A stretch of DNA of 62,916 bases, filler included, from Thraustochytrium aureum (taxonomy: Eukaryota), in the NCBI GenBank assembly GCA_012862495.1. It is 3 parts of one record of this genome, joined end to end, with 100 filler letters (N's around TTAATTAATTAA, not from the genome) between each part and the next. Parts side by side here need not be neighbours in the genome. Positions count along the whole stretch, not along the records: positions 1 to 20,836 come from BLSG01000182.1; 2 more parts are not named here. The stretch is one strand, 5' to 3'. Of the stretch, positions 1-10,681 are shown one piece after another; the first letter of the stretch is position 1, and the number at the start of each line of letters is the position of its first letter. A program made the position numbers and the translations under genes. The notes under the pieces were generated by a model that was given only the letters and a program-made list of their open reading frames with translations, did no database searches and was not told the origin of the DNA.

Positions 1-769
1 CGGAGGGGCTGGCACTCGCAATTTCGTCCAAGCGGTCGCTCACGAGCTCGGGCCCGGAGACGGCGACCAGCCAAAAGTCCCTCAAAAGGCCAGGGCCCTC
101 GGGGTCCCACATGCAACGAGCCGAGTCCGAGACTGGGACGCCTGCGCAAACGTCGCTGGCATTGAAAAACGAGAGCTTGGGAGGGTTGCCAGCTGTTAGG
201 AGTATCGATGCACGCCTGTCGGCATAGAGACAGCCAGGTGCAACCCAGGTCACGACGTCGACAGCGTCGCCCAAGTCGGTCCAAACTTGGGCAAGCTCGC
301 GCCCAGGCGCAAGCGCTGAGCACGGGTCCTCGAGATCGGGGCCCCCCTTGATTGTGAAGATTGCGAAAATGTCGTCCGTGTCCACGGTTGCCAAGGAAGC
401 GCCGATTGAAGAGCCGTCGTTTGCGCCGTTACTGTCGTCGGGGGTCTCATTGCAGTACAGGGCGACCGGAGTGATAACTCCACCCAGCTCGGGGTTCATA
501 GGCGTGGTGCAGTTCGAGTCCGTGCACATGGTGCGGATGTAGCCCTTGAGCGCGTTCGTCGGATCGACCGACTTGTTCAAGACGAACCCTCGGCTCTCGC
601 GGTAGCACAGGTCCAGCAATGTGTAGGCCTCGCCGTCTTTCGCGTTGCTGCAATCCTTGGAGTACGGGTAGTAGGCTTTCACGATTGCTTTCACGGGCTC
701 GCCTTCCGCGGCCCATGAGCTCGCGAGCGCGGCCGCTGCCGCAACAAGGAGGGCATTCAGGCGCGCCAT
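1..769 (-). CDS. Secreted Cys-containing hypothetical protein, 3' end runs off the window
   Basis: Hand translation of the minus strand from ATG 769 is stop-free to position 1 (MARLNALLVAAAAALASSWAAEGEPVKAIVKAYYPYSKDCSNAKDGEAYTLLDLCY...). It has a signal-peptide-like N-terminus. It is absent from the ORF track, probably because it has no stop codon within the window. Confidence 0.75.
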   Translation of the reverse strand, partial: MARLNALLVAAAAALASSWAAEGEPVKAIVKAYYPYSKDCSNAKDGEAYTLLDLCYRESRGFVLNKSVDPTNALKGYIRTMCTDSNCTTPMNPELGGVITPVALYCNETPDDSNGANDGSSIGASLATVDTDDIFAIFTIKGGPDLEDPCSALAPGRELAQVWTDLGDAVDVVTWVAPGCLYADRRASILLTAGNPPKLSFFNASDVCAGVPVSDSARCMWDPEGPGLLRDFWLVAVSGPELVSDRLDEIASASPS

Positions 770-1249
770 CTCGTGCTCGTGCTCGCGCTCGCGCGTGGTT
801 GCTTTTCGAGTCTAGTCTATCTTGCGGGCTGCTTGTGGCCGGGTCTGCTCCAGCATCTGCCAATCCCTTCATTCAGAGGGACGACGACCATCGGGCCGGC
901 ACGCGCACAGAACAACTTGAATCCTCCCCCCGCCCCCCCGTCCCCGGCCAAAAAGTAAAAGTGGCACGGGCCCTTGGTGAGCTCGCTGCTCTGTCAGCCG
1001 CCGGCCGCCCGCATGCCGCTGCCTCGAAGCGAGTCGCCGCATCGGAGCATCAGCCATGACGAGGGTCTGCTCTGACCGTCAAGTGCATTCCAGTCTTGGT
1101 ACAAAAAGAAAGAGACAGCCAAGCCCTTGAAACGAACCAAAGTCTTGAAAACAGCGATTCTGCTCTTTTTCAAGAAAACCATCCACCATGCAGAAGCACG
1201 AGATCCCGGTTTCGAAGCTCGAGCCCTCGAGGTCACGGTGATCCATGCC

Positions 1250-2100
1250 ACGGCCGCCGTGGGGAGCCCTCGTGCAACAGCGTAGTGGCCAAGGTGTTTT
1301 CCGACCCCAGGCCAAGAGACGGCCTCAGCAACTTAGTCGACAGTGTCAAGGCAGACGGCTCGACGACGATCCGCAACGCCCCCGTTGCAGGCGACGGCTG
1401 GACCCCGCTTTCCAGTGCTCTCTGCGCTCGAGGTCGCCGCGATGGCGGGCAACGGTGTGGTCGCATGCGAAACTATCGTGACTCTCGACCTGACACGCCG
1501 CATTGGCACCGAATGCGGCACTCGCGCACACAAGTCCTCGCATTCGCTGCTGTGCCTGAGGACTTGGCCGACGAAGGCAGACCGGTCATTTTGGACGAGT
1601 GGGTCGGCGACTCGCCTGTATTTGTTCCTGTTGAGATTCGGCCTCGAGGCCCGTTCATAAAACTCAACGAGCAAGGTCGGCGACATGCTTTCCGCATTGC
1701 TGACGTGCAAGACCCGGCTGGGCAGGGGACTATCGTAACGCCGCTGTCTTGCTGAGGCTACCGTGGAGGAATTCGTGGCGGCTCGGCTCCCAAGCAAGCT
1801 GCAGCTGTGCATCAAGAAGCCGCGCGCCGAGACGCCTCTGCTGGCCAAGTACGACATCAAACTCGGCCCGTACGGCAAGGTGATCAAATCGCGCTCTGAC
1901 TCGGTCCACCTGCAGCTCGCCCTGTACGGCAAGGTCGCCGCCAGATCGGTCAAGCCAATCTGCCAGGTTGCCGACAAGCTCGGCTTCTCCATCGGTGGTG
2001 AAGGGGACGGTGATGGAGAGGGAGTGAGTGATGATAGCGGGCTCTGCTGGCGCGGCCGCTGGGATCGCGGTTTCTGGGGCGGTCCTCCTCGTTGCGGCCG
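1250..2100 (+). CDS. Hypothetical protein, apparently broken by frameshifts, boundaries approximate
   Basis: Protein-like, GC3-rich segments in successive plus frames (DGLSNLVDSVKADG; VLAFAAVPEDLADEGRPVILDEWVG; EEFVAARLPSKLQLCIKKPRAETPLLAKYDIKLGPYGKV). No family recognised. Confidence 0.35.
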
Positions 2101-2867
2101 TTTTGGCCGCCCTTATCTTGAAACGGCGGCGCGACGCCGCTGCGAAAAATGCAGCTGCTCCTGCTGCAAATGCAGGCTTTCGCGTTGGATTTTGGTAGCC
2201 GAATCAAAGCAACTGTTAGGGCACTGGCTGTGGCGCGGCAGACCAGATCTAGANNNNNNNNNNNNNNNNNNNNNNNNNNNNNNNNNNNNNNNNNNNNNNN
2301 NNNNNNNNNNNNNNNNNNNNNNNNNNNNNNNNNNNNNNNNNNNNNNNNNNNNNNNNNNNNNNNNNNNNNNNNNNNNNNNNNNNNNNNNNNNNNNNNNNNN
2401 NNNNNNNNNNNNNNNNNNNNNNNNNNNNNNNNNNNNNNNNNNNNNNNNNNNNNNNNNNNNNNNNNNNNNNNNNNNNNNNNNNNNNNNNNNNNNNNNNNNN
2501 NNNNNNNNNNNNNNNNNNNNNNNNNNNNNNNNNNNNNNNNNNNNNNNNNNNNNNNNNNNNNNNNNNNNNNNNNNNNNNNNNNNNNNNNNNNNNNNNNNNN
2601 NNNNNNNNNNNNNNNNNNNNNNNNNNNNNNNNNNNNNNNNNNNNNNNNNNNNNNNNNNNNNNNNNNNNNNNNNNNNNNNNNNNNNNNNNNNNNNNNNNNN
2701 NNNNNNNNNNNNNNNNNNNNNNNNNNNNNNNNNNNNNNNNNNNNNNNNNNNNNNATCATCATCATCATCATCGGGAGCCAGGGCTCTGCCGACGCTGCAG
2801 GCCGCGCACCTGCTGGTCTGGCTTCGCGGCTCTCGCTTGGCTGCGAGCCACCGCCGGCCGGCCCGCG

Positions 2868-4825
2868 ATGAAGGTCGCGGTGGTGGACCCCGAACTGGGC
2901 GTCAGAACAGCCAGACGCAAGAGCAGCACGCCGAGCAAGGATGCCGCGAAAGGGCCGCCGATGCGGCTGGCACCGGCGAGGAGAGGGTCCAAGAGGATTG
3001 CACTGCTTGGGCGGCCGTCGGTGGCGTACAGGGCGGGCATGGCGGCCAACGCCGCTTCCCTCGCGCTGACTACGCTCGCATCGAAGTGGATCATGGGCGT
3101 GCTCGTGCGCAAGATTGTGCTGCACGCCTCAGACCGCGTCCTCGAGGAGTCTGGCGGCGGGAGCCCCCTTCGCGGCGGGGACGATCCGTTCTGGAGCGCT
3201 GTGTTCATGGACAGGCTCTCGTTCTGGGGCGTTTGTTGGCTCTTCATTGGCGTTTCCGTGGTCGCTTCAATCAGCGAAGGAGTAATTGTTGGCGCCCCCA
3301 TCGCGCAGGCCGCACAAGGAGCTGGACACATGCGACGCCTTGTGTCCTCTGCGGCGGTCCGCGGCCAGAACGGCACGGGAAGCGAGCAGGACGACTCCCA
3401 CGAACGAGGCCGCATGACCGACCTCTTACTGCGCAAGATATCCGTCGTCGAGCTCTACAACTCGGACTACCACGAAAAGATTGCGGTGCAGCATCTCACG
3501 ATATTTATCGTGACAGTTGCGCTCCTGATGTTCTCTTGGGTTGCAGCCCTTATCGTGGTCGCTCTGCTGCTCGTGTCTGGGGCCATTCACGTTGGAGTCG
3601 ACTGGACTATCCTGCGAAGCGTCCAGCGTACGGCCGGCGAGATTTCCGACCAGGTCAACGCCCGCGTCGTCGACATCGTGCGGGCCGCGCAAGTCGTTGC
3701 GATGAACAACAAAGAACAGGACGAGCTCAACGCCCTGTCGGCGCTCGAGTCCCGCTCAAGCCCGGCGCTGGCGAGCAAGGCGGCGTGGACCACAGCAGCC
3801 CACGCGCTGACCAACATGTCCATCACCCTCGTTCCCATCGCGCTTGCTGGAATCGCCTATGTGCAGATCGAGAGCGCGCCAGCAGACAACGCGCTCGAGA
3901 TCGCGTTCACCCTGCTGGTTTGCTTCCTCCTTATCGACGAGGCGCACAAGTCCATCATGACCCTCGAGTTCGTCGAGATGAAGCACAAGGAGGCTGCCGC
4001 ATGCATGGACGACATTGCGTCGTTCGTGTTCGCAGACACGTTTGAGGAGCCCCCAGGCGGCGCACCGTTTCCCCTCAAGCGGTCGCCAAAGCGCGGCAGT
4101 GAGAGATTGGCCGACCCGAGTGTGGCGGCGCAGCTTTCAAATGTTACTATCGCCTTCCCTGGGCGCGGTGAGCCAGTCTTGAGCCGAATAGACCTTTCGC
4201 TGCTCCAGGGCAAGGTGTACGGTATCATTGGCCAGAGCGGCTCGGGCAAGTCGACAATAATCCGCGCCCTGTGTGGCCTGGTGCGCCCCATCGAGGGTCG
4301 ATCGCCTTCCCACCAGACCTGCAACTCCCGCGAGACGTCAACCTCGCCCGTGAACGGATAGCGCTCGTGAGCCAGGACACACTCTGCTTCTCTCGGTCGA
4401 TCAAGGAAAACCTGATTTACGGGACTGACCCTTCCGAGTTCTCCGAGGCCCGTGCGCGGGAGGCGCTTTGCAAGGCCCAGTTGCTTGACTGGGTTGATTC
4501 GCTGCCTGAAGGTCTCGATGCAGTGCTAAAGACTGGCGGGCAACGCGAGCTGAGCGGGGGCCAGCGCCAGCGACTCGCCCTCGCCGCTCTGTTCTACGCC
4601 GACAACGCCAGCATAGTCTTGCTGGATGAGTGCATCTCAGCGCTTGATCCGACTGCGCGCAAGACCATCATAAAGACGATTGGCGATTTTCTGGCGGCCA
4701 AGCGACGCACTGCGCTGATTGTGACGCACCACTTTGACATTCTGCGCCTTTGTGACGAGGTGCTCGAGGTTATGCCGGCGACGCGGTCGCTCGAAAGACT
4801 GCCAGGCATCCCTGTAGCCAGCTAG
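2868..4825 (+). CDS. Half-size ABC transporter (TMD-NBD, ABCB-like), frameshift near 4297
   Basis: Hydrophobic TM segments, Walker A GQSGSGKST, Q-loop VSQD, signature LSGGQRQR, Walker B VLLDE, D-loop SALD, H-loop VTHH. The two ORFs join if GAGGG at about 4293-4297 gains one G (IEG-SIAF). Confidence 0.9.
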
Positions 4826-5000
4826 CTAGCTCGGACGCGTGGCGCAGGGCGGGCTGGAGGCCCTTCAAGGCAGCCATTTCAAGCCCTTCCGTTCGGCCGC
4901 CAAGAGTGGACCTCCCGCAGCACCCGCACCATGCCTTTCGTCCTGGCTTGCACCACATTGCCGGCAGCAGGAAGAATCGCAAAGAGAAGGAAGCGCAGAG

Positions 5001-5092
5001 CGAACGCAGCAACGCAGCACAAAAGAAAGAAAGGTACACTATCGAACGCAGCGGAACGCAGCGGAACGCCGCACTAAAGAAAGGTACAATAT
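5001..5092. repeat. Imperfect two-copy tandem repeat between convergent genes
   Basis: CGAACGCAGC...AAAGAAAGGTACA(C/A)TAT at 5001-5042 and again at 5043-5092. Confidence 0.6.
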
Positions 5093-6207
5093 TATTCTGC
5101 AGTACAGGCAACCTCGGCGGCCGCCGCCCCTCGGCCGCGCGCGAGGCGCCTCCGCGGCCCCTCGTGCGGCGGCTCGGCGGCTGCTTCGAGCGCCAAGCGA
5201 TCGAAACCGTTCTCAGTAGCAAGCGCCCCCTTAATCTTGCTAGAAAACGCGCAGGCATTTCTTTCGCTCTCGGGGGCCGCTTTGGCACGCAAGCCGCCAA
5301 GCCGCTTCAACACGCGCGTGCGCCTTTGCTCAGTCATAGGAATAACCAGTGCCATGTATGCCCTGCCGCCGGGCATCCGCATCCCGCTCAGGCGCACTAC
5401 CCGCGAACCGTCGTTTGGAGGGGCTTTCGCCTCCGGAAACTCGTCCTCCAAGAGGCCCGTCTCCGCGAGCTCGCCGGCGTGCAGCACCACGGCGACAAAC
5501 ACCCGCACGCTGGGGCTCTTCGCCACCAAAAGCGCCGTGGCCTTCACAATCTCTGGGTAGCCGAGGAAGGCAAAGGCGTGCGTGCATGGCTCCAGCGACT
5601 CGATCGCGCACACGTCGCCCTGCAGGCAGACCGCCGGAGCCCGCAGCACATCTGGGCTTTTGCGCAAGCGCTTGCGGAGCATGCGCTGGCCGTTGCAGCT
5701 GTTCCAGACCTGCATGGGGTCGATGTCGAAACCCACGCTTGCGCGAATCTGCAAGCAGGAAAAGTAGAACGTGGGGCGACCAGTGCCGCTGCCAATGTCG
5801 CAGAAGATACTCTTTCCCGCTTCAAGCCGAAACGGCTCGCCAATACGAACAGCGCCTTCACCAACGGCCTTGTTGAGCCATCGGCTGCCTCTAACCTGCA
5901 GACCGCAGAGCGACAAGCAGAGGCTGAAGAAAGCCGAAGGGACAAGCGTACCAGTGATCCCTCCGTACTCGTCGTTAATGCCGAATGCGAGGCGCTCGCG
6001 GAGCGTGTAAATCGGCGAAACATGCTCGTGTACGCTCCGGAGCACGTTGTTGACCGTGCTCAGCCGCCTCATCAGCGTCTCAACCTCCCACAAGCCAGCC
6101 AGCTCGGCCTCCACCTCGCCTTCGCAGTCATCCCTCAGCTCCAACGCGCCCAACACCGTGTCCCTTCCATCTCGCGCTGCAGCAGCGTTGTCCTGCGGCC
6201 CAGTCAA
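5092..6207 (-). CDS. Class I SAM-dependent methyltransferase, DOT1-like, 5' end near gap
   Basis: Motif I IFCDIGSGTGRP followed by ASVGFDID and CLQGDV, a layout resembling the DOT1 family (FxDLGSGxG...xGIE). Confidence 0.65.
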   Translation of the reverse strand: MTGPQDNAAAARDGRDTVLGALELRDDCEGEVEAELAGLWEVETLMRRLSTVNNVLRSVHEHVSPIYTLRERLAFGINDEYGGITGTLVPSAFFSLCLSLCGLQVRGSRWLNKAVGEGAVRIGEPFRLEAGKSIFCDIGSGTGRPTFYFSCLQIRASVGFDIDPMQVWNSCNGQRMLRKRLRKSPDVLRAPAVCLQGDVCAIESLEPCTHAFAFLGYPEIVKATALLVAKSPSVRVFVAVVLHAGELAETGLLEDEFPEAKAPPNDGSRVVRLSGMRMPGGRAYMALVIPMTEQRRTRVLKRLGGLRAKAAPESERNACAFSSKIKGALATENGFDRLALEAAAEPPHEGPRRRLARGRGAAAAEVACTAE

Positions 6208-6681
6208 CCTCCGCGCGCGNNNNNNNNNNNNNNNNNNNNNNNNNNNNNNNNNNNNNNNNNNNNNNNNNNNNNNNNNNNNNNNNNNNNNNNNNNNNNNNNN
6301 NNNNNNNNNNNNNNNNNNNNNNNNNNNNNNNNNNNNNNNNNNNNNNNNNNNNNNNNNNNNNNNNNNNNNNNNNNNNNNNNNNNNNNNNNNNNNNNNNNNN
6401 NNNNNNNNNNNNNNNNNNNNNNNNNNNNNNNNNNNNNNNNNNNNNNNNNNNNNNNNNNNNNNNNNNNNNNNNNNNNNNNNNNNNNNNNNNNNNNNNNNNN
6501 NNNNNNNNNNNNNNNNNNNNNNNNNNNNNNNNNNNNNNNNNNNNNNNNNNNNNNNNNNNNNNNNNNNNNNNNNNNNNNNNNNNNNNNNNNNNNNNNNNNN
6601 NNNNNNNNNNNNNNNNNNNNNNNNNNNNNNNNNNNNNNNNNNNNNNNNNNNNNNNNNNNNNNNNNNNNNNNNNCATAAAAT

Positions 6682-6748
6682 TACGGAATTTCAGTTCGGA
6701 GGACCTCTGTCTTGAAAATGTAAAGTAATACGGAATTTCAGTGCGGAG
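6682..6748. repeat. 20-bp direct repeat pair in an AT-rich patch
   Basis: TACGGAATTTCAGTTCGGAG (6682-6701) and TACGGAATTTCAGTGCGGAG (6729-6748), one mismatch. Confidence 0.8.
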
Positions 6749-6944
6749 CGTAACGGCAAGTTTTGGGCGTGAGCAGGAGCAGGCAGAGCAGCGATTGCGC
6801 GCGAAGCGGCGGGCGGGCGTTGGCGGGCCCTGGCGAGGCTTGGCAGCGAGCTCGCGCTGGGGATTGATCGCACGGAGGCTGCCTGGGAGCGGCGTGCTAG
6901 TCGGACGTGCAGCGCGCTGGCTTGCGCCCTGGGCACTGCTGAGG

Positions 6945-7697
6945 ATGCCGGAAGGTAAGGATCCGAAGGAAAGCGAGTGGTTTGCGTGTCGGTTGCGCCG
7001 GGTATGACGAGGGCTGACGAGGAGTCGGGGGGGATTAGTCAACGTGATTGGGGAGATCCTCGGGGCGTCCGAGTTTGACAAATCCAACCTGTTCTGCAAG
7101 TTTCAGTTTCTCACAGGAAATGACAAGTGGTCGCAACTCGACGGCAACTTCTCCGGCCAGACGCAACTGTGCCTAGCGGAAGGGTTCAACAAGGACCTTG
7201 TCGTCTGGAACCACCCGATCGACGCGTACTTTTCTACGTCCACCCTCGTCGGCTGGCCGCGCCTCAACGTGGAGGTCTGGCACGAGGACAAGTTTGGCCG
7301 AAATGAGCTTTGTACGTTTGGTTTTCGGTTGCCCTGCTGCAGCTTTGATCGTTTCAGGAGGGATGCATTTTGCGCTGACGAGATCCACGGGGCCGAATGC
7401 GCTCGCTGGCTTGCTTTCGCAGCGGGATATGGCATCGTCCACGTGCCGGCCGAGCCAGGCGAGCACATCGTCGAGTGCGTGCTGTGGAGACCACGCGGAA
7501 GCTTTTCGGAGCGTCTGTTCAACTTTTTCTTAGGCACGACGTCACACTTGGAGCACAAAGAACTCGTCCACACGACAGAAGACCGCTTCGACTTATTTAC
7601 AGAAACGGCGGGGAGCGTTCATTTCCGCCTCGACGTACTCGTCCGAGGCTTTACGAATAAAGGCGTGGTGTTCTCGGGCCCTGGGTCCCGCTCATAG
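6945..7697 (+). CDS. B9D2: B9 domain protein 2 (ciliary transition zone MKS module); exons 6945-6954, 7039-7311, 7423-7697
   Basis: Spliced product MPEVNVIGEILGASEF...GQTQ...WNHPID...GWPRL.VEVW..D.FGRNELSGYG.VHVP..PGEH...WRP matches the B9D2 pattern. GT-AG introns at 6955-7038 and 7312-7422 each contain GCTGAC. Confidence 0.93.
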
Positions 7698-7738
7698 CCG
7701 GACCGAACCGACGCCTAGAAGCAACTCTGCTTGACCAT

Positions 7739-8839
7739 TCACGGAAAGTACCGCGCCCGCGCGGCTGCAAGCTGCGCAGCCCGCGCTTCCGACTGCTTGG
7801 CTCGAGGTGAGCCGTGCGCTGGGCGCCTAGCCTTGGGCTCCTTGGTCGCCAATCCTGGCGGAGCTACTCTGATGGAGCTAATATTGGGCGGCAGAGCGTT
7901 GCTGGTACCATCCAGGGCACAAGTGCGGCTCAGTGCATGACGGTACCGCGTTTTCTCGAGGGCCAGCTGCTTCTCCATCTCGACGTGCGACTCGAGCTTG
8001 ACGCGCAGCTTTCGGTTCTCATCTTCGAGAAACTGAACGCGGTTCACAAGCTTTTCGACGTAGCGCGACTGGAACTGCAATTCATGAGATATGACCTTGT
8101 TCTTGCGCAACGTGTCCTCAGTCCCCGTGGCCAGTCTCGCAGAGATAGTCTGTTGCATTTCAGCATTCCAATCTGCCCTTTCTTGCGCGTGCTGTGCGAC
8201 GAGGTCCTGCCGCTCATTCTCAAACCGCTGCTCGGCGGCTTCGAGCACCTCGCGCTGAGCCCCTTTCACCTCTGCGTTCTCTTTAGAGAGCCGCCGCAGC
8301 TCCTCCTCCATTCTCGACTTGGCGGCGGCAAACTCTGTGAGCTCTTGCAGCTCCGCCTCAACTGCTGCAATGCGCTCGTTTCGCTCCGCCAGGGCTTTTT
8401 TGAGCGTTTGTTCTTGCACGATCTGGTCGTCCTCGCGACAGGTCTTCTCCAGCTCAAGCGCTCGCCGCAGCACTGCATTCTCGGACTCTAGGTTCGCCTG
8501 CCGGCTGGATGTGTCGTTTGCTACGTTTTCCAGATACGTGCTTCTCTCAGCTGTCTCCATTCGCTCCCGCCGCAGCGTGGCGCGCAGCTCAGCCACAGTC
8601 GCTCGAAGATCTTTCACCTCCGCCTCAAGCGCGGCTAGTCGCGTGCGCTCATTCTCCCGCTCCATCGCCGCTTGAACCACCTCGAGCAGAACCGCAGCCT
8701 GCCCGCTGTCCACGCCGTTGAGGGCCGGCGTCAGCCCCTCGTTCATGTCGCCATCCTTGCCCCGTCTCGCGCCTCCCGACTTGGCGCCGCCCTTTGGCCG
8801 TGTGGTGGCGCCGCGTGGGCCGCCGATCAACTCCGCCAT
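7739..8839 (-). CDS. Coiled-coil protein, CFAP157-like
   Basis: Long heptad coiled coil with the segment ELQFQSRYVEKL...LEDENRKLRVKLESHVEMEKQLA, resembling the CFAP157 C-terminal region. Confidence 0.6.
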   Translation of the reverse strand: MAELIGGPRGATTRPKGGAKSGGARRGKDGDMNEGLTPALNGVDSGQAAVLLEVVQAAMERENERTRLAALEAEVKDLRATVAELRATLRRERMETAERSTYLENVANDTSSRQANLESENAVLRRALELEKTCREDDQIVQEQTLKKALAERNERIAAVEAELQELTEFAAAKSRMEEELRRLSKENAEVKGAQREVLEAAEQRFENERQDLVAQHAQERADWNAEMQQTISARLATGTEDTLRKNKVISHELQFQSRYVEKLVNRVQFLEDENRKLRVKLESHVEMEKQLALEKTRYRHALSRTCALDGTSNALPPNISSIRVAPPGLATKEPKARRPAHGSPRAKQSEARAAQLAAARARYFP

Positions 8840-9133
8840 CCTCCTGCAGAGCCGATTCTATTGCACTGCAGCGCGCGTCCATCCATCCATCAGCGTGCTA
8901 TGAGGCGCGCCTGTGAAGCCTGTTACGCGCGCACGAGAGCGGGGCCTCGTTGGCTGCCGTGAGCGTGCCTTGCGGATGGATGGCACTTGTTCACGGAGAT
9001 GCGTCAACGGATACAACGGATTGTTGTTGGAGCTGGAAGGCCTCGACCTGGTTTGGTCGACCTGCCATCCGAGGCCCCAACGTCCTCAAGCGGGCAGTGC
9101 CGCGCAGGACGCTGCCGAAGGCGGCTGTAGACT

Positions 9134-10681
9134 TTGAGACGCGCGGACTTGAGCTATTCGCCGAGCTGCGAGCCGTCGAGACACGCGGACTTCACATTCT
9201 CGCCAAACTGCGAGCCGTCGAGAAGCGCGGGCTCGCGGGCCTTTTTGGGGTGGTATGGCCGAGGTCGGCGTTCGCGGGACGAAAGCGACGAAAAGCGCCG
9301 GGGATCCACGCAGGCGACGCGGAGGGCGCCGGTGCTCTTGAGGTTCGAGCTTGTTGGCATCGAGCCTTGCGCTGGGGCCAAGCATTTTGCGAGCGATCCG
9401 TTCTGCGTGCTGAGGTGGACAAGGCGCGGCAGCGATGGCGCGCAGGAACAGGCGTCAATGCAGCCTACGATTGGTGAGACCTGCTACCTGGACGACGTGA
9501 CGGGGTCGGTGCAAATTGTTGTCAAAGACTCGGCCCCGCTCTCGTGCAACGCGGTCGGCGTCGGAAAGATTGGCAGAACGCAAATATTTGGCGAGCCGGC
9601 AGCCAAGCTCGAGCGCGTGCAAATCTTGGACGGAAACGGGTCGCATCGCGTGACAGTCGTCGCAAACGTGGCGCGATGTCTTGCACGCGATACCTTGTGC
9701 ATCAAACTCTCTATGATCCAGTCGCTCGCGTCGAGCCACGCGCACTCGTCCAGGTTTCTCATCGCACTGGAAAGCGGGCCGACCCGACACGAGCGTCGGC
9801 ACGTTCTGAAACGAGATCGAGAGAAAAACCCGGTATTTCGCGTCGACGACACGTTTCGGTTTTCGGAGAGCAACGACCAGGTCGTTGTTTCGATCGAAGA
9901 GATGCGCGAAGATCGCTGCCTCGGGCATGTCACGCTCGAAGCACGTTCAGCCCCACCAGGACGCTATCACCTCAAGGACGCCAACGGGCGTCTCGTGTAT
10001 CAAGTCGAGCTCGCACTGCACTGGGAGACCGCGCTCCAAGGCGAGCCCGATGCGGCCGCGCGCGACGCCACCGACCTGCTCAAGGGCCTGGTGCGCAACG
10101 CGCGAACGAGCTGGGACTCTGATGATGAAGAAGAGTCGAAGCGCCCCTCACGCGGCGGTTTGGCCGACTCGGCTATCCTGCTCGATGCCGTAATCTGCGA
10201 AAACAGCAAGCTGTTCGGCGAGGATGCCCCTGTGGCCGACCGCGAGTGCTGGCTCGAGGCGTGCGACCGCGCCACGCGCGCTTTCAACGGGTTCCTGGAG
10301 CAGCAGCGCCTCCTGCATATCAAGCAGCTGCACGCCGTGCAGCAGGACTTGCGCCTCACCAAGCTCGCTTTGCGCGATGCGGAGTCGGACAGGGCCTTTG
10401 CCAGCAGCCAGCTCGCGCGCAAGGCCGAGGTCGTGGACCGTCTCGACCAGGTCATTGCCGATCTCAAGCAGGAGAACGCCGACTTGAAAGCCACGGTCCG
10501 CCACCTCGCGCCGCACTGGGACCGCGTCGATCTCATCATCAGCGACGACGCGTCGGCCCCGATCCCATGCGCGGTCGAAGCAGCCCCACCACCACCGACG
10601 CCACCTTTGACCGAGGCATGCCGAGCGCGCCAGACCGCCCTGCAGCACCGCCGTGCAAGCGCCAACTGCGCCCTGATGTAG
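9134..10681 (+). CDS. C2-like domain(s) plus coiled-coil protein, start uncertain
   Basis: Beta-rich segments (SDPFCVLRW; KNPVFRVDDTFRF...VVVSIEEM...CLGHVTL) typical of C2 domains, followed by a C-terminal coiled coil. Confidence 0.55.
   Translation: MRRADLSYSPSCEPSRHADFTFSPNCEPSRSAGSRAFLGWYGRGRRSRDESDEKRRGSTQATRRAPVLLRFELVGIEPCAGAKHFASDPFCVLRWTRRGSDGAQEQASMQPTIGETCYLDDVTGSVQIVVKDSAPLSCNAVGVGKIGRTQIFGEPAAKLERVQILDGNGSHRVTVVANVARCLARDTLCIKLSMIQSLASSHAHSSRFLIALESGPTRHERRHVLKRDREKNPVFRVDDTFRFSESNDQVVVSIEEMREDRCLGHVTLEARSAPPGRYHLKDANGRLVYQVELALHWETALQGEPDAAARDATDLLKGLVRNARTSWDSDDEEESKRPSRGGLADSAILLDAVICENSKLFGEDAPVADRECWLEACDRATRAFNGFLEQQRLLHIKQLHAVQQDLRLTKLALRDAESDRAFASSQLARKAEVVDRLDQVIADLKQENADLKATVRHLAPHWDRVDLIISDDASAPIPCAVEAAPPPPTPPLTEACRARQTALQHRRASANCALM
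9136..9234. repeat. 42-bp imperfect tandem repeat, about 2.3 copies
   Basis: Unit GAGACGCGCGGACTTGAGCTATTCGCCGAGCTGCGAGCCGTC with copies starting at 9136, 9178 and 9220. Confidence 0.7.
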
